Program-made: the position numbers and the translations under genes
NCBI RefSeq assembly: GCF_030540545.1
Contig: NZ_JAUNVZ010000001.1
Coordinates: 290,130 to 354,129 of the forward strand
Reading direction: 5' to 3'
Length of the DNA stretch: 64,000 nucleotides
Source of the DNA: Rothia sp. (in: high G+C Gram-positive bacteria)
GTDB taxonomy: Bacteria; Actinomycetota; Actinomycetes; Actinomycetales; Micrococcaceae
Notes under the pieces: model-generated
Databases searched by the model: none
What the model saw: the letters and a program-made list of their open reading frames with translations, nothing else
What the model was told of the DNA's origin: nothing
Part shown: piece by piece, positions 19,397-28,821 of the stretch
How positions within the stretch are numbered: the stretch's first letter is position 1
How the letters are laid out: each line of letters starts with the position of its first letter

Positions 19397-20518
19397 ATGA
19401 TTATCCTCATCCCCGCCTATAAGCCCGATACATCACTCGTGCATCTGGCCCACGCGCTCAAGGCACAGCATACCGGTAGCGACCCGCTCACCCTTTTGAT
19501 CATCAACGACGGCTCCGGTGACGAATACGCCCCGATTTTTGATGAACTGCAGGCACTGGGTGCAGAAGTAGAACACCACCCGGTCAACCTCGGTAAAGGT
19601 GCGGCGCTGCGCACCGGTCTGAATTGGGCGCGCCTATACCGCCCCGAAGAAATCGTGATCACCGCGGACGCCGACGGCCAGCATTTACCTAAGGATATTT
19701 ACACCGTCGCCGAGCATACTCTGCAGGCGGCTAAGCAGCAGCGTAAAGCACTCGTGCTGGGTGTACGCACCATCCCCGACCCGGCAGCGGGTCTAGAAGG
19801 CACCAAGGTACCCCTGCGATCCAAAGTGGGTAACTCGATGACCGTGGGTTTCTTCGCCCTGGCAACCGGCACGAAAATTGCCGATACTCAGACCGGCCTG
19901 CGCGGATTTACTCCGCAGATTATCGACTGGGCGCTGGAGATTCCCGGCAATAAATACCAGTACGAGTTCAGCATGCTGCTACGCGCCACTCGTGCCGGTG
20001 TAGACCTGGACGAGGTGCCCATTACCAAAGTCTACGAGCCGGGCAACCCCACCAGTCATTTCCGCCCTCTACAGGATTCCGCGCTGATTTATGCGCCTCT
20101 GCTGGGGTTCCTCGCCTCCTCCTTTCTGGCGGGGTTCATGGTGGATGCGCTCGCCCTCTTCGCCCTGGTAGCGGCCGGTGTGCCCCTGCTAGGAGCAGTT
20201 GTGGCGGCGCGATGCATCTCGGCACTCTGTAATTTCATGGTCAATCGCCTTATAATGCAGGACGGCGCTCAGCGCCCCAGTATTCAGCGCTCCATGGTGC
20301 GTTATGCTGTGCTTGCGGTAGCCCTGCTCATTGCTAATGCGGCTCTACTAGAACTGCTGGTTTCTTTGGGTATTCACCTGGTATTGGCAAAGATCCTCAC
20401 CGAGCTAGTACTGATCCCCATTAGTTTCGCGGTACAGCGCCGCTGGGTATTCCTCCCTGTCCAGAAAACCCAGACTGCCATTCTATCTGCCCGTCAGCAG
20501 ACCCTTATCTACCACTAA
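19397..20518 (+). CDS. Bifunctional GT2 glycosyltransferase / GtrA-family flippase
   Basis: LIPAYKP, INDGS, NLGKGAAL, TADADGQH (DxD), DTQTGLRGF, then a 4-TM GtrA-like C-terminus. Confidence 0.85.
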   Translation: MIILIPAYKPDTSLVHLAHALKAQHTGSDPLTLLIINDGSGDEYAPIFDELQALGAEVEHHPVNLGKGAALRTGLNWARLYRPEEIVITADADGQHLPKDIYTVAEHTLQAAKQQRKALVLGVRTIPDPAAGLEGTKVPLRSKVGNSMTVGFFALATGTKIADTQTGLRGFTPQIIDWALEIPGNKYQYEFSMLLRATRAGVDLDEVPITKVYEPGNPTSHFRPLQDSALIYAPLLGFLASSFLAGFMVDALALFALVAAGVPLLGAVVAARCISALCNFMVNRLIMQDGAQRPSIQRSMVRYAVLAVALLIANAALLELLVSLGIHLVLAKILTELVLIPISFAVQRRWVFLPVQKTQTAILSARQQTLIYH

Positions 20519-20525
20519 TGACAGG

Positions 20526-20590
20526 TTTGGGACGCTTTAGCGCGTTTGGGATGTATCTAAGACATCCCAAACGCGCTAAAGCGTCCCAAA
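20526..20590. terminator. 29-bp perfect-stem bidirectional hairpin
   Basis: TTTGGGACGCTTTAGCGCGTTTGGGATGT / 7-nt loop / exact reverse complement, between convergent genes. Confidence 0.8.
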
Positions 20591-20603
20591 TGCAGGATTA
20601 AGA

Positions 20604-21746
20604 TTAAGAAGCGTACGAGCCGAGCATGCGCACAGCGCCGCCGTCTACGCCCTTAGCGCCCTGAACATAATCCGGGTTGTTGCTCTCCGGCTCGCCGGCA
20701 GCAACCACATCACCCATAATCCAGGAGGAAATACCGCGAGCATTCAGACGCTCAACAGCGGCATCCGCCACCGAAGGATCAACAATAGCGATCATGCCAA
20801 CACCCAGGTTCAGAGTGCGCTCCAGATCAGCCAGAGGTACATTACCCAGCTGAGCAACCATAGAGAATACCGGGGGAATAGACCAGGTATTGCGGTTCAC
20901 GCGACCTTCAAGACCCTGAGGCAGAACGCGAGCCAGGTTAGCAGCCAGACCGCCACCGGTCACATGGGAGAAACCGCGCACACCGTGACCGGTAGTGCCA
21001 TCCTCACCATTGACCGGGAACGCAGCAGCCAGATCCAGGCAGTCCGCAGCGTAGACACGAGTGGGTTCCAGCAGCTCCTCACCCAGGGTGCGACCCAGCT
21101 CGTCGACGTGACGATCCAGACCCCAACCGGCAACATTAATCACCTTACGCACCAGGGAGTAGCCATTAGAGTGAATACCGGAAGAGGCCATAGCGATCAG
21201 CACATCGCCCTCACGTACACGGTCCGGGCCGAGCAGCTCATCAGCCTCAACAATACCGGTAGCAGCACCGGCAACATCGTACTCATCAGCAGCCAGCAGA
21301 CCCGGGTGCTCAGCGGTCTCGCCACCGACCAGAGCGGTACCAGCCACAGAACATGCGCTTGCAATACCGCGCACAATATCAGCGATACGCTCGGGCACAA
21401 CCTTACCGGTTGCAATGTAATCGGTCATGAACAGGGGCTTAGCGCCGCAGACCACAATATCGTCCACAACCATGCCCACCAGGTCAAAACCAATGGTGTC
21501 GTGAATATCCAAAGCCTGAGCAATAGCCACCTTGGTACCCACACCATCGGTGGAGGTAGCCAGGTAGGGCTTGCGGTACTTAGCCAGCTCGCTCAGATCG
21601 TACAGACCGGCAAAGCCGCCCACGCCGCCAACAACAGCGGAGGTGTGGGTCGCCTTCACAGCGTCCTTCATCAGCTCAACGGCGCGGTCGCCCGCCTCCA
21701 CGTCAACGCCGGCGCTCGCGTAGGTTACGCTCGTATTCTCAGACAT
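20604..21746 (-). CDS. purM: Phosphoribosylformylglycinamidine cyclo-ligase (AIR synthetase)
   Basis: YASAGVD, GVGGFAG, STDGVGTK, GGETAEHPG, SSGIHSNGYSL, HVTGGG. Confidence 0.97.
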   Translation of the reverse strand: MSENTSVTYASAGVDVEAGDRAVELMKDAVKATHTSAVVGGVGGFAGLYDLSELAKYRKPYLATSTDGVGTKVAIAQALDIHDTIGFDLVGMVVDDIVVCGAKPLFMTDYIATGKVVPERIADIVRGIASACSVAGTALVGGETAEHPGLLAADEYDVAGAATGIVEADELLGPDRVREGDVLIAMASSGIHSNGYSLVRKVINVAGWGLDRHVDELGRTLGEELLEPTRVYAADCLDLAAAFPVNGEDGTTGHGVRGFSHVTGGGLAANLARVLPQGLEGRVNRNTWSIPPVFSMVAQLGNVPLADLERTLNLGVGMIAIVDPSVADAAVERLNARGISSWIMGDVVAAGEPESNNPDYVQGAKGVDGGAVRMLGSYAS

Positions 21747-23521
21747 TAGTCCTCCTGGATAGACAGGGACGCCGGACGGCGATCCTCGGGAAGAAGCAAA
21801 GCTTCAAGTTCAGAGTCGGGACCCGGCTCGCAGGAACCGGTAGTATCGCAACCGCCCACCGGGGTCGGCTGCTCAACCAGCGGAATCAAACCGGTCGGCA
21901 CCTTATTCTCCAGCAGGGGAGTGCCGGTGCGAGTATCAATAGAAATAGCCTCAGCGTGCTCGGGCTTAACCGGAACATCACGCTCCACGGTCACCTCAGC
22001 AGCCTTACCCGCCAGGGGGCCACCGGCGCCCTTACCTTCTTCGCTATCGAAGAGGGACTTACCGCGACGCTCCTCACTGGGCAGCTCAATCGGGTAGGTG
22101 CCGGTAAAGCAAGCGGTGCACATATTCTCGACCGACTGCTCGGTAGCGGCAATCATACCCTCGGGCGAAATATAACCCAGAGAATCCGCGCCCAGGTATT
22201 CGGCAATTTTCTCCACGCTGAACTCATTAGCAATCAGCTCGGAGCGGGAAGCAAAGTCAATGCCGTAGAAGCAGGGCCACTTAACCGGCGGGGAGGAAAT
22301 ACGCACGTGCACCTCGGCGGCACCGGCGTCACGCAGCATCTTAACCACGGCGCGCTGAGTATTACCGCGCACAATGGAGTCATCTACAATAATCAGGCGC
22401 TTACCCTCAACCACGGACTTGAGCGGGTTGAGCTTCAGACGAATACCCAGCTGGCGAATCGTCTGAGAAGGCTGAATAAAGGTACGACCAACATAGGAGT
22501 TCTTGACCAGGCCGTTACCGTAGGGAATCCCGGACTGCTCTGCGTAACCAATAGCCGCGGGCACACCGGATTCGGGGGTAGCCATGACCATATCGGCCTC
22601 AACCTGGTGCTCGCGCGCGAGCTGACGGCCCATTTCAACACGGGATTCGTACACGCTGCGGCCGTCAATGGTGGTATCCGGGCGAGCCAGGTACACAAAC
22701 TCAAAGACACAGCCGGCGGGGTCAGCCTGAGCGAAACGCTGAGAACGCACACCGTTCTCGTCAATAGTTAGGAATTCGCCGGGCTCAACCTCACGCACGA
22801 ACTCCGCACCCACAATATCCAGGGCAGCGGTTTCGGAGGCAACAACCCAGCCACTATCCAGGTTGTCGGTTTTGAGGGAACCCAGCACCAGGGGACGAAC
22901 GCCCTGGGGGTCGCGGGCAGCGTAGAGCTTACCTTCATCCATAAAGGTCAGGCAGAATGCGCCACGTAGGGTGGGCAGCAAATCAAGGGCTGCCTCTTCC
23001 AAAGAATCAAAGTCGTGTTCAGCCAGCAGGGCGGTGACCAGAGCGGTATCGGTGGTGTTGCCCTGTGCGAGCTCGCCGTGTGTGGGCGGCTTGCCAGCGT
23101 TCTTAGCCAGCAGGCGGTCGTAAAGATCCGCAGAGTTGACCAGGTTACCGTTGTGCGCCAGGCAGAGAGTGCCGTGCGGGGTCGTGCCCAGGGTCGGCTG
23201 CGCATTGGCCCAGTGGGATGCGCCGGTGGTGGAGTAACGCGCGTGACCGATAGCGTGGTCACCCGGCATGGAGCTGAGCGTAGCTTCGTCAAAGACCTGG
23301 GATACCAGACCCATATCCTTGTATACGTGGATACGCTTGCCGTTGCTGGTTGCGATACCTGCTGACTCCTGACCGCGGTGCTGAAGCGCGTACAGGCCGT
23401 AGTAGGTCAGTTTAGCCACGTCTTCCCCGGGAGCCCAGACGCCAAATACGCCGCAGGCGTCCTTGGGGCCGTGATCAACCGGATCAAGATCGTGAGTGAG
23501 TTTTCCGTCGGGACGAATCAA
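21746..23521 (-). CDS. purF: Amidophosphoribosyltransferase
   Basis: CGVFG Ntn start, QHRGQES, HARYST, HNGNL, VDDSIVRG, PCFYGID, CTAC Fe-S ligands. Confidence 0.97.
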   Translation of the reverse strand: MIRPDGKLTHDLDPVDHGPKDACGVFGVWAPGEDVAKLTYYGLYALQHRGQESAGIATSNGKRIHVYKDMGLVSQVFDEATLSSMPGDHAIGHARYSTTGASHWANAQPTLGTTPHGTLCLAHNGNLVNSADLYDRLLAKNAGKPPTHGELAQGNTTDTALVTALLAEHDFDSLEEAALDLLPTLRGAFCLTFMDEGKLYAARDPQGVRPLVLGSLKTDNLDSGWVVASETAALDIVGAEFVREVEPGEFLTIDENGVRSQRFAQADPAGCVFEFVYLARPDTTIDGRSVYESRVEMGRQLAREHQVEADMVMATPESGVPAAIGYAEQSGIPYGNGLVKNSYVGRTFIQPSQTIRQLGIRLKLNPLKSVVEGKRLIIVDDSIVRGNTQRAVVKMLRDAGAAEVHVRISSPPVKWPCFYGIDFASRSELIANEFSVEKIAEYLGADSLGYISPEGMIAATEQSVENMCTACFTGTYPIELPSEERRGKSLFDSEEGKGAGGPLAGKAAEVTVERDVPVKPEHAEAISIDTRTGTPLLENKVPTGLIPLVEQPTPVGGCDTTGSCEPGPDSELEALLLPEDRRPASLSIQED

Positions 23522-23733
23522 TTCACTTCTTTTCGACGTTGGGACTGCGGAAACGTGTGCCGCCTCCCTTGAGAGGTATTCAACGCCTTGAGCCGCTGAA
23601 AGTCTGTGTGCAAGGAATATGTAATGGCAGACACTACTTTAAGTTTACACCCTCAGCCCGCGAATCAACACCCAGGGTAACCTATAGCTGCACTTAAAGG
23701 TTGGCCCGGGTGCTGAACGGTGATTAAAGCAGA

Positions 23734-24156
23734 TTAAAAGAGCGGGAAGAAACGCCCCAGATCGCTACGCTCACCGCTAGCGGATAGATCACCGCTAGCC
23801 AGAGCCTGATCCCAACTCAGAGCCCCGGTAATCAACGCCAGCCACAGAGCCGGGGACGTCTCCACCACCGACGGGGGAGTACCGCGCGTATGGCGAGGAC
23901 CCGCCACACACTGAGTCACACCATAGGGAGGCACACGAACCTCAACGCTATTGCCCGGAGCCAGAGTCGCCAACTCCTCCAAACCGTAACGCACCGCGGT
24001 GGCGCGCACCCATCGAGGCAGAGCCGCCACGCTAGAATCCAGGGCGAAGAGCAAAGTTTCAGCGGGGACACTCTCAACCACCGGAGCTAGGGCGGTACGT
24101 ACTGAGCTCAGAGCCGCCTGGCCGTCAGATTCGGAAATTTTACGATGAATAGCCAC
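23734..24156 (-). CDS. Bacterial sterol-carrier (SCP) family protein
   Basis: APGNSVEVRVPPYGVTQCVAGPRHTRGTPPSVVET signature. Confidence 0.85.
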   Translation of the reverse strand: MAIHRKISESDGQAALSSVRTALAPVVESVPAETLLFALDSSVAALPRWVRATAVRYGLEELATLAPGNSVEVRVPPYGVTQCVAGPRHTRGTPPSVVETSPALWLALITGALSWDQALASGDLSASGERSDLGRFFPLF

Positions 24157-25260
24157 TTATGCCTCCCGGACACTATCCGTAACGGAGCCATCCAATGCCG
24201 CCTGCAGCGCAGGAGCCGGAATAATAGCACCCACACAACGGGCGGTCTGAGAAGGAACATCCTCAAGTCCGCCGGTCACCGGGCGCAACACGCGCGCCAG
24301 CAGTTGATCCACCAGGGACTCATCCAAGAAACCGGCAGCCTGCAGAGCTCGCAGAGCAACCATATAGGCGGCGCGATGGCTACCGTCAGAAATCTTCACC
24401 ACCACAGAAGCACCCGAACGCAAGCCCATCGCCACAATACCCTCGGCGCCGTACTTGACCACCGCATCCAGCTCTTCGCTCAGCACAGTATCGGGGTGGT
24501 TCGGACCCTGAATCAGCTCGGGGTAATCCACCATCGCGGTTGCCACGGTGGAGGCGCGCGCATCGGCGCCCAGATTACGAATAGCGGACCCCAGGGTCGA
24601 GTAGGCACGTGCCAGACCCACCGGGGAAATGGCGTGTACGGGGGCGCCGCATCCGTCAATGCCGCTATAGGCGATCTTCTCGCCGGTGAACTCTTCAATC
24701 TCCTCGGCAATCATCTGCTGCAGGGGGTGAGAAGGATCCAAATAGGACTCCATAGTCCACAGCTCGGATCCCGGCTCAAGCTCACCGCGTTCCAGCTTCG
24801 CCGCGCACGCCCACAAAAAGGCTGCGTGCTTACCCGAGCAGGCATAAGCCAGGGGAGTCTTCGCCAGATTCTGGGTGATCATAGCGGTACGTGCCGTGGA
24901 ATCATCCGGGTAGACCGCCGGGCATTGCAGGGCGGAGGCGTCGGTCCCGGCCTCAGCCAGCACATCCTGTACCGCGCGCATCTGCTCAAAGGTGCCGCGG
25001 TGGCTCGCGCAGGCAATAGCTACCTGGGCTCCGCGCAGAGGAGCACCCGCCTTGAGAGCACCAATAGTCTGCAGAGGCTTGAGGGCCGAACGCATATACA
25101 CCGGCTCGTGCACGCTGCCCAGTTCAAGGGCAATCTCACCATCGGGGGAGAGGACCACGGCAATGCCGCGGTGACGGGACTCCACGGGGGCAGCGACAGG
25201 GTCAGTTCCTTCGCCGCGAGTAATATACGCCAGTTCTACATCGGGTGCTTGAAAAGTCAT
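24157..25260 (-). CDS. L-asparaginase II family protein
   Basis: ESRHRG, RSALKPLQ, CASHRG, CSGKHA, DGCGAP, KYGAEG motifs. Confidence 0.85.
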   Translation of the reverse strand: MTFQAPDVELAYITRGEGTDPVAAPVESRHRGIAVVLSPDGEIALELGSVHEPVYMRSALKPLQTIGALKAGAPLRGAQVAIACASHRGTFEQMRAVQDVLAEAGTDASALQCPAVYPDDSTARTAMITQNLAKTPLAYACSGKHAAFLWACAAKLERGELEPGSELWTMESYLDPSHPLQQMIAEEIEEFTGEKIAYSGIDGCGAPVHAISPVGLARAYSTLGSAIRNLGADARASTVATAMVDYPELIQGPNHPDTVLSEELDAVVKYGAEGIVAMGLRSGASVVVKISDGSHRAAYMVALRALQAAGFLDESLVDQLLARVLRPVTGGLEDVPSQTARCVGAIIPAPALQAALDGSVTDSVREA

Positions 25261-25335
25261 AGGCTCAATTATCCCATGAGTTTTAAAAGGTAGGCGCCCT
25301 CCCGCTGAATGCAGGAGGGCGCTTAGATCAAGGCA

Positions 25336-25659
25336 TTAGATAAGAGCCGTAATAGCAGCCAGGGAACCAAAAAGAATACCCGGTGCATTGGCAATAACAA
25401 TGGGCCAGTCACGCTTGCCCGCAGGGCGCCACAGACCGTAGGTTACCCACAGGGTGCAGTTCACAGCCGCCACCAGAGGCTGAATCCAGTCGCCCTTCGA
25501 GCCGTTGAGGTTACCAATAATCTGCGGGAAGTAGAAGACATACATGAGCACCGCGGTCACCGAAGCAACCTTGGCAAGAATCGGGAACGCCTTGGCGTAG
25601 AATTCGCTCTCGCTGCTCTGGGGCTGGGGTGCCTGGGTGTTTTCGGGCGTATTGGACAT
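25336..25659 (-). CDS. SemiSWEET/PQ-loop small sugar transporter
   Basis: MYVFYFPQI, QPLVAAVNCTLWVTYG, DWPIVIANAPG; 3 TM; likely start ATG 25659 after AAGGAG. Confidence 0.8.
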   Translation of the reverse strand: MSNTPENTQAPQPQSSESEFYAKAFPILAKVASVTAVLMYVFYFPQIIGNLNGSKGDWIQPLVAAVNCTLWVTYGLWRPAGKRDWPIVIANAPGILFGSLAAITALI

Positions 25660-26159
25660 AGTGCTCTCCTTATCAAGGTATGTGGAATGGGGTGTGTTCT
25701 CACGCAGGATGCTCTGGTAGCGGCGTTCGCTAGCCATTGACATGAAAATGTAGGGGCGTAGCGCGCTAGAGCTAAAGAAAAAGAATATGGAAGCTTGTGT
25801 ATATATAGCGCTGAGATATTGAGCTGAATTTCGCTCATACAAGGGTCAAGAACCTCGTGAAGCTTATCCGCCTGATATGTGAAATTTTCCGAGTCTGTGC
25901 ACCGGCTGAGCCAATGGCGGATATGAACTATTGCTCCTTCAACCTTATGCCCCTTCGAACCCCAAAAGCAAAGGTCAGCGGTCAAAAAGAGCACCTAAAG
26001 GCCGGTTTTTGTGAACAACCAGACAAAAATATCAACCTATAGCGGATGATAAACGGGGTTGATGGAAATTAAAGCGTGATGGCTCACAAAACACTATTCC
26101 CGTACAGAAAATGGACACAGGTCGCCATAAAACATATGCCGTAGGTTACTCTAGTAACT

Positions 26160-27437
26160 ATGAAGGTTTTGGTACTGGGCGGCGGCGGCCGCGAACATGC
26201 AATCATCCGAGCACTGCACAACGACCCCGCAGTGACTGAAATTCACAATGCGCCCGGCAACGCCGGCATCGCGCAGGACGCCATTGTCCACGCTGTCGAC
26301 GCAAATAACCCCGAAGCAACCGTAGTGCTCGCCCGCGAAATCGCCGCGGACCTGATCGTCATCGGCCCCGAAGCACCCCTGGTCGCAGGCGTATCCGACG
26401 CCCTGCGTGAAGCGGGTTTCGCAGTCTTTGGCCCCTCCCAGGCAGCAGCAGAGCTAGAGGGCTCCAAGGCATTCGCCAAGAAGGTCATGGAAGAAGCCGG
26501 CGTGCCCACCGCCCGCGCCCTGGTCGCCACCACCGAAGAAGAAGCCGCCGCAGCACTGGACGAATTCGGCGCACCCTATGTTGTTAAAGACGACGGTCTG
26601 GCAGCAGGTAAGGGCGTTGTCGTCACCGAAGACCGCCAGGCAGCACTGGCACACGCCGCATCCTGCTTTGCAGCCGGCGGCAGCGTAGTCATCGAAGAAT
26701 ACTTGGACGGCCCCGAAGTCTCCCTCTTCGTCATTAGCGACGGTAAGAATGTATTGCCTCTGTCCCCGGCACAGGACTTCAAGCGCATCTTCAATAACGA
26801 CGAGGGTCCCAACACCGGCGGTATGGGCGCATACACCCCCCTGCCCTGGCTGCCCGAAAACTTTGTCACCGAGGTCGTTGAAGCCGTTGCCCGCCCCACC
26901 GTGGCACGCATGGCAGAACGCGGCACGCCCTTTGTCGGCGTGCTCTTCTGCGGTCTTGCCGTCACCTCCAAGGGCGTGCGCGTAATCGAATTCAACGTGC
27001 GCTTTGGTGACCCGGAAACCCAGGCTGTGCTCGCACGCCTGCGCACTCCGCTCGGCTCCCTGCTGCTGGCAGCATCTCGCGGTGAGATCTCCGAAGATAT
27101 GCAGCTGGACTGGGATCCGCGCACCGCAGTGGACGTGGTTATGGCGGCTGAAAACTACCCCGATACCCCGCGCAAGGGCGACGCTATCTCCGGTCTGGAG
27201 GCAGCGGCAGCAATTGAGGGCGTGCACGTAATTCACGCGGGCACCTCCGTTTCGGGTGAAGAGATTATCACCTCCGGCGGTCGTGTGCTGGCTGTTGTGG
27301 CTCTGGGTGAGAACCTGGAAGCGGCCCGCAATGCAGCTTACGCCGGTGTTGATGCTATTGAGTGGAATGGCGTGCAGTATCGCACCGATATTGCGCTCAA
27401 GGCGGTCGAAAACCGCATTAGCGTGCCCACCCCCTAA
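26160..27437 (+). CDS. purD: Phosphoribosylamine-glycine ligase
   Basis: VLGGGGREHA, APGNAG, VKDDGLAAGKGV, GPNTGGMGAY, IEFNVRFGDPE. Confidence 0.97.
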   Translation: MKVLVLGGGGREHAIIRALHNDPAVTEIHNAPGNAGIAQDAIVHAVDANNPEATVVLAREIAADLIVIGPEAPLVAGVSDALREAGFAVFGPSQAAAELEGSKAFAKKVMEEAGVPTARALVATTEEEAAAALDEFGAPYVVKDDGLAAGKGVVVTEDRQAALAHAASCFAAGGSVVIEEYLDGPEVSLFVISDGKNVLPLSPAQDFKRIFNNDEGPNTGGMGAYTPLPWLPENFVTEVVEAVARPTVARMAERGTPFVGVLFCGLAVTSKGVRVIEFNVRFGDPETQAVLARLRTPLGSLLLAASRGEISEDMQLDWDPRTAVDVVMAAENYPDTPRKGDAISGLEAAAAIEGVHVIHAGTSVSGEEIITSGGRVLAVVALGENLEAARNAAYAGVDAIEWNGVQYRTDIALKAVENRISVPTP

Positions 27438-27532
27438 ATTTTTATATGTCACGGCATCCGAAACCTGCACGGTTCGGGTGCCGTGCTTTATTCTTGAAAC
27501 ACACTCCAATTCACAACCCGCAAGGAGCACCC

Positions 27533-28474
27533 ATGGCAAACGCCCCGCAGATTCCCGGTTGGACCCACATTTACTCCGGCAAAGTACGCGATCTGTACGT
27601 GCCGAACGAAGACTTCCATGAGGCAACCGGCCTGGTCATTGACGACAATACCGAGCTGCGCGCCGGCTCGGTCATGGTCGTAGCATCCGACCGTATTAGC
27701 GCCTTCGACAAGATTATTTCCACCCCCATCCCGGATAAGGGTAAGATCCTCACCCAGCTGTCCCTGTGGTGGTTCGAGCAGCTTGCCGACCTTGTGCCCA
27801 ACCATGTGCTCTCTACCGATGTGCCCGCCGAGGTTGCCGGTCGCGCCATGATCTGCAAGTCCCTGAACATGTTCCCGGTGGAATGCATTGCCCGCGGTTA
27901 CCTGACCGGTTCCGGTCTTGCTACTTACCGCGAGAGCGGCGAAATTGCGGGTGTGCAGCTGCCCGAGGGTCTGGTGGACGGCTCCCGCCTGGAGCAGCCG
28001 ATCTTCACCCCCACCGGCAAGGCAGAGGTGGGTGAGCACGACGAGCTGATTACCCGCGATGAGCTCTACACCGAGGTGGGTCGCCCCGTGGGTGAGCGCC
28101 TGGAAGAGCTGACCCTGAAGATTTACTCCGCAGCTGAAGAGATTGCCCGTGAGCGCGGCATTATTCTGGCAGATACCAAGCTGGAATTCGGTACCGATTC
28201 TTACCGCGGCGAGATTACCCTGGGCGATGAGGTGCTCACCCCTGACTCCTCCCGTTTCTGGGATGCGGCAGAGTATGAGCCGGGTAAGTCTCAGCCCAGC
28301 TTCGATAAGCAGTTCGTGCGCGACTGGCTGCGCTCGGAGGAATCCGGCTGGGATGGTAAGACCTGGAACGGTAGCGAGGAGCCTCCGGCTCTGCCCGCTG
28401 AGATCGTGGAGAAGACCCGCGCGCGTTACGTTGAGGCTTTTGAGCGTCTGACCGGCCGCACTTTCGAGGCTTAA
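27533..28474 (+). CDS. purC: SAICAR synthase
   Basis: YSGKVRDLY, SDRISAFD, VECIARGYLTGS, ADTKLEFG, DEVLTPDSSRFW, SFDKQFVR; ATG 27533 after AAGGAG. Confidence 0.96.
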   Translation: MANAPQIPGWTHIYSGKVRDLYVPNEDFHEATGLVIDDNTELRAGSVMVVASDRISAFDKIISTPIPDKGKILTQLSLWWFEQLADLVPNHVLSTDVPAEVAGRAMICKSLNMFPVECIARGYLTGSGLATYRESGEIAGVQLPEGLVDGSRLEQPIFTPTGKAEVGEHDELITRDELYTEVGRPVGERLEELTLKIYSAAEEIARERGIILADTKLEFGTDSYRGEITLGDEVLTPDSSRFWDAAEYEPGKSQPSFDKQFVRDWLRSEESGWDGKTWNGSEEPPALPAEIVEKTRARYVEAFERLTGRTFEA

Positions 28475-28516
28475 TTAGCTTCTTGACCTATATAGACAAA
28501 AGGCTCTGATAAGGAA

Positions 28517-28720
28517 TTACTCCTTGTCAGAGCCTTTTGCTATGGGATAGAAGTTATAGAGCCGAGGTGCGAGAACCGCACGACGAGCAAAAGCGTCCAG
28601 AGCCTCGAGAACATCCTTGAGGGTATCCCAATGGGGAGCCACATAGTCGGCGCTTACCGGAGAAGCGCCACCGATCCACACCCACTGGGTACGCAGCTGA
28701 GCGGCGTCTGGAATAACACC
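28517..28720 (-). pseudogene. Possible 3' remnant of an unidentified gene
   Basis: Open frame GVIPDAAQLRTQWVWIGGASPVSADYVAPHWDTLKDVLEALDAFARR with host-like codons, bounded upstream by the regulator terminator. Confidence 0.3.
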
Positions 28721-28754
28721 TTAATGAGAAAATTGGTGCAGATTTTCTCATTAA
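28721..28754 (-). terminator. Hairpin downstream of the GntR regulator
   Basis: TTAATGAGAAAAT...ATTTTCTCATTAA. Confidence 0.55.
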
Positions 28755-28821
28755 GAGCTCAGGGGCGTGGTCGGGTATAAACACCCAACCACACCCCGTA
28801 TCCGCTTCCCGTGCAGAAGGC

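Noticed and set aside
23522-23733. Searched purF, purD and purC leaders for purine/ZTP riboswitches or PurR boxes
   Set aside because: No consensus elements recognised by eye; an Infernal/Rfam scan would be decisive
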